A DNA stretch of 64,000 nt, taken from an uncultured virus (IMG/VR IMGVR_UViG_3300024505_000864) (Duplodnaviria; Heunggongvirae; Uroviricota; Caudoviricetes). The stretch lies in the IMG/VR virus record IMGVR_UViG_3300024505_000864; one strand, given 5' to 3'. The notes beneath the pieces are model-generated. The model made no database searches and was not told the DNA's origin. It saw only the letters and a program-made list of their open reading frames with translations. Positions 9,852-19,258 of the stretch are shown in pieces; the stretch's first letter is position 1, and every line of letters starts with the position of its first letter. The position numbers were made by a program, and so were the translations under genes.

Positions 9852-11519
9852 TTATTGTGCATACCATCTCACAGTTATAAATCCTCCATCTGGGACTACA
9901 ACATCATATAATTGAAATGGATTGATTGAAATATCATTATATTTAGTTAAATTTGCAACAGATCCAGGAAGACCTTTGTTTGCATTACCTGGACTGCCAG
10001 CAGCACCAAGTTTACCATAACTAGCAGTATTTAAATTCCCAGCAGTTCCAGCTCGACCTGGAGTTCCATAACTACCAGGATTCATATTACCAGGTCTTCC
10101 ATAAATTCCTGGATTTCCATACCCATCTCTCCCCCCAGAACCATTAGTACCTGACTGAGCAGAACCTCCAATCCCATGACCTCCTCCACCTCCTCCACCT
10201 CCTCCACCAACAGGGTTCCCTAGTTTATTACCAATTGAAGGACTTCCACTACCTTTACCTCCTCCACCTCCTCCACCACCATCAGTTCCATCACCCCCAG
10301 GATTTCCCCTACCATTCGATTCTCTACCTCCTGCAAATCCCCCAGCACCACCATTTCCAGAATTTCCACCACTTCCACCATTATCACCATTAGCCCATCC
10401 CCCAGCAGAACCATTACCCGGACTTCCCCCCGGACCACCTGCTAAAACTTTACCATGACGACCGGCACCACCACCTCCACCACCAGAACCTCCAGGACCA
10501 CCCCTCCAATTAGAAGGAGTTCCATCTTCACCTCGATTTCCATTTCCAGCACTCCCAGGTTCACCTATATTTCCAGCATCTCCACCAAAACCTGCACTCC
10601 CTGGACCTCCTGCATTTCCTGCAATTCCACGTTCACCTACAGTTCCAGGTGTTCCAAAATTTCCAGTTCCAGCTAATCCTCCAGCACCACCTACAAAACT
10701 ATATCCCAACATTCTAGAAGAAGAACCAATATTTCCAGGTAAACCACTAGATCCAGATTTACCTGGACTGTTTGCATTTAAATTTCCAGGAAAACCATCA
10801 GTACCTGGAAATGAAGTAGCATTAGTATTTAAATTTCCAGGACTACCTATACTTCCGTTTCTACCAGGCCCACCACCAAACCCAGAAGATCCATTACCTC
10901 CAGGCTGTCCAATATTATTAGCTTGATTGCCAGGTTCACCATTTGCACCATTCCCCCCATTTCCACCATCTCCACCAGTACCATATGCTGATATTAATTC
11001 ATAACCCATAGTACCACTAGCTCCACCTGCACCACCTGGACGATTTCCAGTACATCCACCATTTCTACCATTTGCACCATTCCCACCTGCACCAGATCTA
11101 CCATTTTGATTTCCTGCCCCTACAGATTTTTTAGGTCCCCAGGCACCTCCACCTCCTCCACCTCCACCCCCAGAGGCACCAGTACAACCAGCATTTGCAA
11201 ACCCAAATCCACCAGCACCTCCACGACCCCCAGTTCCAGGATTTCCAGGGTCTCCACCTGCCCCAACATTTCCATCACTCCCTTTATTTCCAGCAGGTCC
11301 TGCAGGACCTGCTGTACCATCACTTCCTCGATTTCCAGCATCACCAGGTAATCCAGCAGTTCCATCAGTTCCAGAAGAACCTTTGGCACCTATACCTTCC
11401 AAATTTACACGAGTAATTCTAGTTGAAGGTGCCTGCCAAGTAGCAGGTGCGTAAAAAGTAATTGACCCAGGAGGGGTCATTGTTGCTTTTGTTGCTCTTC
11501 TAGTGATTCCAAATGCCAT
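9852..11519 (-). CDS. Glycine-rich collagen-like (Gly-X-Y / polyglycine) protein
   Basis: Long Gly-X-Y runs (GSSGTDGTAGLPGDAGNRGSDGTAGPAGPAG) and poly-Gly tracts between short globular ends. Confidence 0.8.
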   Translation of the reverse strand: MAFGITRRATKATMTPPGSITFYAPATWQAPSTRITRVNLEGIGAKGSSGTDGTAGLPGDAGNRGSDGTAGPAGPAGNKGSDGNVGAGGDPGNPGTGGRGGAGGFGFANAGCTGASGGGGGGGGGAWGPKKSVGAGNQNGRSGAGGNGANGRNGGCTGNRPGGAGGASGTMGYELISAYGTGGDGGNGGNGANGEPGNQANNIGQPGGNGSSGFGGGPGRNGSIGSPGNLNTNATSFPGTDGFPGNLNANSPGKSGSSGLPGNIGSSSRMLGYSFVGGAGGLAGTGNFGTPGTVGERGIAGNAGGPGSAGFGGDAGNIGEPGSAGNGNRGEDGTPSNWRGGPGGSGGGGGGAGRHGKVLAGGPGGSPGNGSAGGWANGDNGGSGGNSGNGGAGGFAGGRESNGRGNPGGDGTDGGGGGGGGKGSGSPSIGNKLGNPVGGGGGGGGGGHGIGGSAQSGTNGSGGRDGYGNPGIYGRPGNMNPGSYGTPGRAGTAGNLNTASYGKLGAAGSPGNANKGLPGSVANLTKYNDISINPFQLYDVVVPDGGFITVRWYAQ

Positions 11520-11526
11520 TTGCTTT

Positions 11527-12129
11527 TTACTCTAGATAAAACCAACCTGTTACTATATATTTGGATTTATTGCCATGAACTACATTTCCCCTATGTGTAT
11601 GTGTATATGCAGCAGGGAAAATAACAAGAGAATTTTCTTGTGGGGGTATTCTCATTCTTTGATATAAAAGTTCAGTCTCCCCTGCACCATCTTCATCAAT
11701 ATCATTAAGATATAAAATATAAGTTAATGCTCTAGCAGAAGAATCACCATTTCCCTGTTCACAATGCCATACATGATATCCACCACCGGGAAGAGTTTTT
11801 TGTACTTTAACACTTGTACATTTCATATTTAAATCATTAAGAACATCATATTCTCTCACATAAGAGTCATAACATCTCTGAAGTCCATCAAAAAAAATAT
11901 CAGTGGCAGAAAATCCATTAAAAGAAGAAAAAGAATGATTCTTAAGATTTAAAAAGAAAAATTCATCCTGCTTTTTTGTTTTTGTAGTATTTTCACTATC
12001 CTGCCTATTTCCACAATATCCACCTTCACGGAATCTTTCGAATTCACAAATCATGTGATTGCAAAATCCATCAGGATAAACATCCTTATACATTCCTACA
12101 AAATCTTTATAAGTTTCATTCATATTCAT
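11527..12129 (-). CDS. 2OG-Fe(II) oxygenase (prolyl 4-hydroxylase-like)
   Basis: GYHVWHCE, ILYLND..GETE, IFPAAYTHTHRG, KYIVTGW. Confidence 0.9.
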   Translation of the reverse strand: MNMNETYKDFVGMYKDVYPDGFCNHMICEFERFREGGYCGNRQDSENTTKTKKQDEFFFLNLKNHSFSSFNGFSATDIFFDGLQRCYDSYVREYDVLNDLNMKCTSVKVQKTLPGGGYHVWHCEQGNGDSSARALTYILYLNDIDEDGAGETELLYQRMRIPPQENSLVIFPAAYTHTHRGNVVHGNKSKYIVTGWFYLE

Positions 12130-12151
12130 GAAAAAATTAATTTAAAATTAT

Positions 12152-15100
12152 TTATGAGAAATTATAGAGTGCTATATTACCATACCAAGTTGTACCTTGA
12201 TTTGGAGTAATGAAAATCCAAATATCAGTTTTTCCTGCATCTTGAGTTCTAATTGGACTCAAGTTATTTGGGAATTTAACATTACTTGAAGGATTCCAAG
12301 AAACAGAATATGGACCACCAGTTCCATTTGTTAAAATTAAAGTGAAACTGCTGCCAACATTAGGAAGATTAATTGGATTTGTGATTGTAAATGTAGAATT
12401 AGCAGTTAAAGTTCCAATGAATACATTTCCATCATTTAGATTAATATTTCGATTTCCTGCAATATCTCCCATGTTATAAACAGTTTCACCATATTTTTGT
12501 AATACAACATCAGTAAGATTTTTACCATTAAATGTAGAATTTGCATTTACATTTATTGAAGTAAATTGTGCTGAAGCACGAACAGCCGCACCAATAACTG
12601 TACCATCAATATTTCCACCATTGATGTCAACAGTAGCAAGTTGTGCAGTGCCATCAACAATCAGATTTTGATTAACCGTTACAATTCCACTGATTCTTGC
12701 ATTGCCAGCAACATTTAAATTCTTAGCAATACCCACACCACCAGAAACAACAAGTGCTCCAGTATTTGCATTATTCGATTCAGTAGTTCCAAGAATATTA
12801 ACTCTAGAAGTAATAGAATTAGAAGCAATATTTACATTATTAGCATTACCAAAAGCATTAATTGTAGTAACGTTTGTATTGAGTAAATTGAATATTCCAG
12901 TTGAAGTAGATATAAAATTAGATCCACCTAAAGTCAGATCTCCTGAGATTAGAGTATTTCCATTTGGATCCACTCTTAATTTAGCATCTACATCAAAATT
13001 CTCATTACCATATGGAACTGTTACTAGAGGATTTGCTAACTTCCAGCTATATCCATCACTTGTATCAATACCTGCATACCAACGAATATTTGAGTTATTA
13101 TGAGTGATGTCCCAAGACATTGCAACATCACCAGTTCCACCCTGATTAATCTTAAAGTGAGCACCTCTAAGATTCTGACCAGAATTATTTTGATATGATG
13201 TTATTGTTCCTGAAGATCCAACTCTAAATTTCTCACTATTGTTGGTAAAAATACTTACATCAGCAGAATCTACAGTAATTAATCTAAGTGCAGCAGTTCC
13301 ACGATGTAAAATATCAGAAGTTACATTTCCAATTCCAGCAGATCTTCCAATGCGAAGTCCATAATCAGGGAATACTCTAACATCATTATTGAATTCTGCA
13401 TAAGATGTTTGATTTGTATTACCTACACCAAGTCTCAATACAGATGCTTCATTAATATATGCAGTTACGACTCCTAAATTAGGTACACTAATATTTCTTG
13501 TCGTAGAGATTGAAACATTTCCATCCGCAACTTTGAAATTAGAGTTTACAATTACATCACCAGATTTAGATTTGAGAACCAATTCTCTAGTTTTGGTGTC
13601 AATAATATGAGATGCTGCAATTCCTACTCTAATTTCATCAAGTTCAATTGAATCTACAAAAAGATTATTATTAATATAAACATTTCCTGAGAATGTAGAT
13701 ACACCAACTACTTCTAAATGATTGAGTCTAGATATACCTCTCTCATGAATCTGAGTATAAGATGTTCCAAGTCCTGTGATTGGATCAATTCCAGTTCCAG
13801 TAAATCTTGCAGTTCTATTAACAACAATATCTTCAAATTCAACATCACCCAAACTTTGAGTTTGATCAAAAACTACTTGTCCAGTTACACGAAGGTTTTG
13901 AATTAAAGTATCACCGTTAACACTAAAATTATAATTACCTACGGCAATAGTCCCTATTCCAAGTTTATCAAATTTAAAGTCTAAAATATCAGGAGTTCTA
14001 CTAATAGGTCCCCAAGGTCTCCATTCATTTTCCAAATAAATGTGTCCAATATAACCATTGGTTGGGTTTGAAATATAAGAAATATCACCAAGAGTTGGAT
14101 TTGGAATGATTGCAGAAGTTGGAGTAGATAATCCAACAGTAAATAGTTTTTCTTGAGATGCTGTTCCACGAATATAAAAATTCTTGGTTAAGATTCCATC
14201 TTCAGAAAGATTAGTGATCTTTTGAGTAAAGTTTACTGGTCCATAGAATTGAGAACTTTGATTATTATTTTCTCCACCTTCTACAGTAATTCTTTCACGA
14301 ACAAGAATTTCATCAAATACACCACTCAATCTATTGCTATTTTCACCCTCTGCATCATCACCAGTGTAAGTAAGAATTGGTGCTTCAATTACTTTTTCTT
14401 CTCCAGTTGCAGAAATAAGTTTCTTACTTCCTGAGAAAAATTCTCCACTGTCATTCATACCAGTATAAACTACTGTTCCACCTCTTTGCTCTCTTGCCTG
14501 AGATGTTAAAATATCATCCTCATCAAGAATTCTATTTTGTTTTTGTGGTAAACCAGTAGAATAGTTACCTGGACCATATCCAAGATATTCAAATGTATGT
14601 CCAGATGCCCTCATGAATGAAGGTCTACGTAATTCCATAGGAAGAACTTTAATCTTCTTAATTAAAGATCCTACAGGTGCAGTAGTTTTAACAGTTCCGA
14701 ATTGTCCACGGAGAATATCAAATTCATTACCATTTGCAGTACTTGCAAGTCTAACAATTTCAGAGTTTATAGCAATATAATCTCCTCTATAAAATCCATT
14801 AGAACTTTGTAGTTGAATAATTGTACTATTTTCTGTTATGCCTTGAGAAATAGTTGTGGTTACACCTGCATAGATTGTAGAAGCACGAGATCCTAAATTC
14901 TCTTCACCTCTACCAAGATTTTTAGCATTAGCAGATATACCATGCTTAAATACAAATCCAGTAGTTGAAGATTTAGTTTCTGTAACGATTCCTACATTAA
15001 AGGTAAATGTATTGATTCCAATGTTATCACGGACTACAAATGTACTATTGTACATCGTATGACCACTGCCAACTATAGAAATTTTATTTCCAGGAAGTAA

Positions 15101-18100
15101 TCCGTGAGGTTGACTTGTAGTTACAGTAACAATTCCCGAAGATACATTAGTAAAACTAAATGAAGTTATTCCTACTCCTTTAGATGCCAAATATCCAATA
15201 GGAACATCATTATTGCTATTTTCTACATAGGAAGAAATTCCAGTTGGATGATAAATTTTAATAGTTTTACTATCAAGAACATCGATAATTTTAAAAGTTC
15301 CATTCAATGGAATTGTAGAATAGAATCCAGAAAGATCTAATGCATCATTTACATTATTATTAATATCCTGAACCGTAACTACAGCATTATTTCCAGCAGA
15401 TCCTCCTTGAATTTCAAGTCTCTGTCCTACAGTATGAGCAGATCCAACATCAACCAATCTCAAAGTTGAAGGATTGATTGCACCAGTTACAGTAGTATTA
15501 AATCTACAGGTAGCATCTTCTTCTAAAAGGAATTGATCTATTAGATTTGCACTATAGATGCTAGAACTAATTGGATATCCTGCACCAGGAGAAACTACAG
15601 ATAGTGACTTAATTGAATTTAACTTATGTTCTATATCAGTATAAAGGGTAATTGTAGTATTACCAGTTCCAGAAATAGAAAGTCCAGTAATACCAAATCC
15701 AACTCTACTATTTCTAAGTAATTGATTTAATGCTTCACGAGTTGTAGATTTCTTCTTATCATCTGTTACAACTCTTCCTAAGATATTTAAATCTGCGTAA
15801 CTGATCGATGGTAATGGATCTGGTGCATAATTATCTCTATCTGTCTGTGGATAAAGATTTCTAACATCTTGATTGAAAGTTTTTTCCGATACACCATAAC
15901 CAACAATTTCTTCAGGTCTTACACTCGAAGACAACATAATAATGTGGTAAATACCATCTTGACCATCTTCACCTGGAATGTGTCTCTTGACAGTGTTTAC
16001 ACGATAAGCAAAATAATTATCAAGATATGATTCTCTAGATACTAAAGGAAGATCATCTCTTTGTTGTCTTGTTGTACGAGAATTTATTGCATTTAAGAAG
16101 TTTCCTGGATTAGTAGATACCCCAGAAATTCTATATTTAAATGATTTAGAATCTAATACATCAACAACAGGATAAGATCCATTGAAAGTAGAAACAATTC
16201 CTGTTCCTGAAGTATTATTAGTACTCTTAATCTTTTGAACTTTTACAATATCTCCAGGGATAAAGTTATGAGGAACTTCAGTAGTAATGGTAACTACTTG
16301 TGAATTATCGACAATACTATCTGCTATTGCATCGATAATAACTTTTTCATTTCTCAAATCTACTGGACTCTGAAGGTTAGTGCCTTCATCAATAGTCAAA
16401 CTAGAAATTCCAACATTCTTAGATTCTTGAAGAACAAATCCTGCCTGAGGTGGTCTTGCAAAAGTATATTCTTTTGGAATTACATAACGAAGTTTATAAA
16501 TCTTATCTTCAATTGCTCTATTATCTAATTTTCTCTTAAAATAAGTTGAAGGACTTTCCAATCCTAATATTTCAGTTCCAAGTCCAACTACTGCACCATA
16601 AATTTTATTTTGAGCAGTGAATTGAGAACTTGTAAGATACCAAGATCCCACATTTTCATCCCATTGGACTGGATGACCTAGATCTCCAGGGAACTTATCA
16701 CTTACTGTACTTAAAACAGTAATTCTTCCGCCATTATTTCCAATACCTTGAATTGGAGTTCTAGATATTGCATCATTTAATGAAAATGCAAGTTGTATTT
16801 GATTATCAGATAAGAATCCACCAGTAATTGCATAATAAACTTTATCAATTTGAATACCATCAGGTGCTTGACCTGTATCACTAAAAATTCTTACTCGTTC
16901 ACCATTAAACAACTGATGGTTTTGAGTTAGAGTTAAAATATTTGAAGATATATTATTGAAACCACCAGTTCTTGCAATTGTATATTCTTTTTTCGATGTT
17001 ACACCTTCTCCACCACCAGGGACTGGCATGTATATTGGAGATTCAAAAGTTTGAAGATCTGTTCCTTGAGTAACAGTTAAATATAATTTATCTTGTAATT
17101 TAGCACCAATTCGATATCCATCAGTCTGAGAAGGTGGTGCAACATCTTTAGTACTATAACTAGAAATATATAATCTCTTTAAAGTATTTGATGGATTTAT
17201 AGTTTTATAAGTATCAATTGATAACCAAGTTACTTGGTTTTCATTAGTAGTAATTTCTTTTGGTGGAATAATATGAGTGATGTATCCAACATCATCCCTA
17301 TCAAAAGATTCTCTTCTATATCCAACACTTTCTAATGAAATTGCACCAAAGTTTGAGTTAGAGTTAGTGATGGACATGTCACCACCACTTTCAGTTACAA
17401 AGTGCTTTGCAAAACCGATGGCAAAGATAGAGACAGATTGGATAAATCCATCATTAGAGGTTTTAATATGGAAATTTTCGTATTCTGGTTTATAAATTGC
17501 TCTAGAATTAGTATGTAACGGTCTCTCTGTGCTGTTATTAGGAAGAGTTAAATTATCATAATAAACACCATCCTCATAAATCAAAAATGCATTATCATCT
17601 TTCTGAAGGGAGACTCCCGTGTATTGAGCAACAACCATGGATTTAAATCCATCTGCTTTACTACCATCTCCATGCATACCACACATACCATAAACTGAAC
17701 GCAATGAACAGTTAAAGATATATGGAGATGCGGAAGATACTGTATCACTTTCTACAACAACAGTAGCAGTGTCAAAAGCAGCAGGATCTGGCAATAAATT
17801 AGTAGGAGTAGATACTGCACTAAAAGTAAAAGTAGTTAAACCTACAACTTCTCTTACAACAAATGACCCATTATATGATGCAGGTTCTTCAGTTATGCCA
17901 GAGATAAGAACTGGGGTATCAATAAACAATCCATGTGGTTTAGGAGTTCCTGTTTGAAGATCTGCTGTAGTTACAGTAATAATACTATTATCACCTGTAC
18001 CGTCACCATTTCCTGCACGAATACTTGAAATGCCTAAGGGATTTGATTGAAGAGATCCAACAATTCTGTATTCATCTATACTTGGTTCAAAATCATTATT

Positions 18101-18892
18101 AAGTGGATAATCACCCAAACCTCTTCCAGAGATGTCACCATATGCTCTGGCAACTTTATAATAATACATTTGCAGATCTGTAAGATCTGTTTGTTCATAT
18201 CCAAGACGTGCTTTATTTACTCCATCAGCATATGTAAAAGCTGTAAGTTTATGGTGAGAAAAATTAGGAACAGAACGATTGTCTGTGTAATCTTTAAATA
18301 CTGTCTTTGTAGTATCTGCGTCAAAGAATGTAAATGTACTGAAGTAACAAGTACCAGTTACATTAAAAATACTAGAAAGATCGACATCATCATCATAAGG
18401 ATTGGGTATATAAAGTGGTCTAATCTTGGTTTTTCTAAGGTCTACACCAATAATAGATGTACCACGAGGAAGAATTACTCCACCACTAATAGAATTAAAT
18501 TTATAAAGATCATTATTGGTATCGAAAATATCAAAATTTGAAGAAAAAGATAATGGATCTAAAGTAGTAGTCTGCCAAGTATCTTTACCTACTCTTTTTT
18601 TATATACTGCACTACCATTAACATCTTGGATTGAATATCCTGGTCTATTATCAATATAATGAGTTGATGGATATACCATAATGGTAGTCCTATCATTTAA
18701 ATCATTATTCTTACCTTGTTGGTATGAAAATCTTGCTGCTTCAATTAATGCTCTTTGAATTGAAACAAATGGTCTTACAAGACTATCTCCACGATTCTCT
18801 ATGCTGTCTGTAGCATCAAAATTGTTAGGATCGACATATAGTATATTCCCTTCAGGATTACGAAGGAAGTTGTCTAAACGAGATAAAGGCAT
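12152..18892 (-). CDS. Very large virion structural/fibre protein (2246 aa)
   Basis: MPLSRLDNFL...ILYVDP...RPFVSIQRALIEAARFSY N-terminus of cyanomyovirus giant structural proteins; beta-helix-like and PHGL/PHNF repeats. Confidence 0.8.
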   Translation of the reverse strand: MPLSRLDNFLRNPEGNILYVDPNNFDATDSIENRGDSLVRPFVSIQRALIEAARFSYQQGKNNDLNDRTTIMVYPSTHYIDNRPGYSIQDVNGSAVYKKRVGKDTWQTTTLDPLSFSSNFDIFDTNNDLYKFNSISGGVILPRGTSIIGVDLRKTKIRPLYIPNPYDDDVDLSSIFNVTGTCYFSTFTFFDADTTKTVFKDYTDNRSVPNFSHHKLTAFTYADGVNKARLGYEQTDLTDLQMYYYKVARAYGDISGRGLGDYPLNNDFEPSIDEYRIVGSLQSNPLGISSIRAGNGDGTGDNSIITVTTADLQTGTPKPHGLFIDTPVLISGITEEPASYNGSFVVREVVGLTTFTFSAVSTPTNLLPDPAAFDTATVVVESDTVSSASPYIFNCSLRSVYGMCGMHGDGSKADGFKSMVVAQYTGVSLQKDDNAFLIYEDGVYYDNLTLPNNSTERPLHTNSRAIYKPEYENFHIKTSNDGFIQSVSIFAIGFAKHFVTESGGDMSITNSNSNFGAISLESVGYRRESFDRDDVGYITHIIPPKEITTNENQVTWLSIDTYKTINPSNTLKRLYISSYSTKDVAPPSQTDGYRIGAKLQDKLYLTVTQGTDLQTFESPIYMPVPGGGEGVTSKKEYTIARTGGFNNISSNILTLTQNHQLFNGERVRIFSDTGQAPDGIQIDKVYYAITGGFLSDNQIQLAFSLNDAISRTPIQGIGNNGGRITVLSTVSDKFPGDLGHPVQWDENVGSWYLTSSQFTAQNKIYGAVVGLGTEILGLESPSTYFKRKLDNRAIEDKIYKLRYVIPKEYTFARPPQAGFVLQESKNVGISSLTIDEGTNLQSPVDLRNEKVIIDAIADSIVDNSQVVTITTEVPHNFIPGDIVKVQKIKSTNNTSGTGIVSTFNGSYPVVDVLDSKSFKYRISGVSTNPGNFLNAINSRTTRQQRDDLPLVSRESYLDNYFAYRVNTVKRHIPGEDGQDGIYHIIMLSSSVRPEEIVGYGVSEKTFNQDVRNLYPQTDRDNYAPDPLPSISYADLNILGRVVTDDKKKSTTREALNQLLRNSRVGFGITGLSISGTGNTTITLYTDIEHKLNSIKSLSVVSPGAGYPISSSIYSANLIDQFLLEEDATCRFNTTVTGAINPSTLRLVDVGSAHTVGQRLEIQGGSAGNNAVVTVQDINNNVNDALDLSGFYSTIPLNGTFKIIDVLDSKTIKIYHPTGISSYVENSNNDVPIGYLASKGVGITSFSFTNVSSGIVTVTTSQPHGLLPGNKISIVGSGHTMYNSTFVVRDNIGINTFTFNVGIVTETKSSTTGFVFKHGISANAKNLGRGEENLGSRASTIYAGVTTTISQGITENSTIIQLQSSNGFYRGDYIAINSEIVRLASTANGNEFDILRGQFGTVKTTAPVGSLIKKIKVLPMELRRPSFMRASGHTFEYLGYGPGNYSTGLPQKQNRILDEDDILTSQAREQRGGTVVYTGMNDSGEFFSGSKKLISATGEEKVIEAPILTYTGDDAEGENSNRLSGVFDEILVRERITVEGGENNNQSSQFYGPVNFTQKITNLSEDGILTKNFYIRGTASQEKLFTVGLSTPTSAIIPNPTLGDISYISNPTNGYIGHIYLENEWRPWGPISRTPDILDFKFDKLGIGTIAVGNYNFSVNGDTLIQNLRVTGQVVFDQTQSLGDVEFEDIVVNRTARFTGTGIDPITGLGTSYTQIHERGISRLNHLEVVGVSTFSGNVYINNNLFVDSIELDEIRVGIAASHIIDTKTRELVLKSKSGDVIVNSNFKVADGNVSISTTRNISVPNLGVVTAYINEASVLRLGVGNTNQTSYAEFNNDVRVFPDYGLRIGRSAGIGNVTSDILHRGTAALRLITVDSADVSIFTNNSEKFRVGSSGTITSYQNNSGQNLRGAHFKINQGGTGDVAMSWDITHNNSNIRWYAGIDTSDGYSWKLANPLVTVPYGNENFDVDAKLRVDPNGNTLISGDLTLGGSNFISTSTGIFNLLNTNVTTINAFGNANNVNIASNSITSRVNILGTTESNNANTGALVVSGGVGIAKNLNVAGNARISGIVTVNQNLIVDGTAQLATVDINGGNIDGTVIGAAVRASAQFTSINVNANSTFNGKNLTDVVLQKYGETVYNMGDIAGNRNINLNDGNVFIGTLTANSTFTITNPINLPNVGSSFTLILTNGTGGPYSVSWNPSSNVKFPNNLSPIRTQDAGKTDIWIFITPNQGTTWYGNIALYNFS

Positions 18893-18942
18893 TTTATCAG
18901 AACTACTTACATTTCCTATGTTCTATTTAGGAGTTCTATATA

Positions 18943-19010
18943 CAACAAAACCTCCAATAAGGAGGTTCTGAAGTCACACTTTTCGGGTCACTGTAGGAAT
19001 TCCTCCCACC
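18943..19010 (-). ncRNA. Candidate small RNA (hairpin-linker-terminator)
   Basis: ORF-less ~68 nt lying between a near-consensus sigma70 promoter and the AACCTCC-TTATT-GGAGGTT-TTGTTG terminator. Confidence 0.45.
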
Positions 19011-19016
19011 GAATAA

Positions 19017-19045
19017 ATTGTAAATTAAAATGTATTAACTGTCAA
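19017..19045 (-). promoter_or_regulatory. Sigma70-type promoter
   Basis: TTGACA-N17-TACAAT. Confidence 0.7.
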
Positions 19046-19202
19046 GTTCTCCTCGCAGTTCAGCAAGTTTTGCTGTAGCAAGACATTCAACACATGTCCA
19101 ATAGGTTTCACCACTAATAGGAAAATTATTATCCGTAAAGTGTGCTGCAATATCTTCCTGAAGCTCTCTAAGGTCTTGAAGTGTGTCTCGCTCAATGTAC
19201 AT
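19035..19202 (-). CDS. Small hypothetical protein (55 aa)
   Basis: Read by hand: MYIERDTLQDLRELQEDIAAHFTDNNFPISGETYWTCVECLATAKLAELRGELDS; has its own promoter. Confidence 0.7.
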   Translation of the reverse strand: MYIERDTLQDLRELQEDIAAHFTDNNFPISGETYWTCVECLATAKLAELRGELDS

Positions 19203-19229
19203 AATTAAGTTTTTTCATCCTACAGATTC

Positions 19230-19258
19230 ATTGTAGCAATATTCGAGTATCCTGTCAA
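19230..19258 (-). promoter_or_regulatory. Sigma70-type promoter
   Basis: TTGACA-N17-TACAAT upstream of the 55-aa ORF. Confidence 0.7.
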
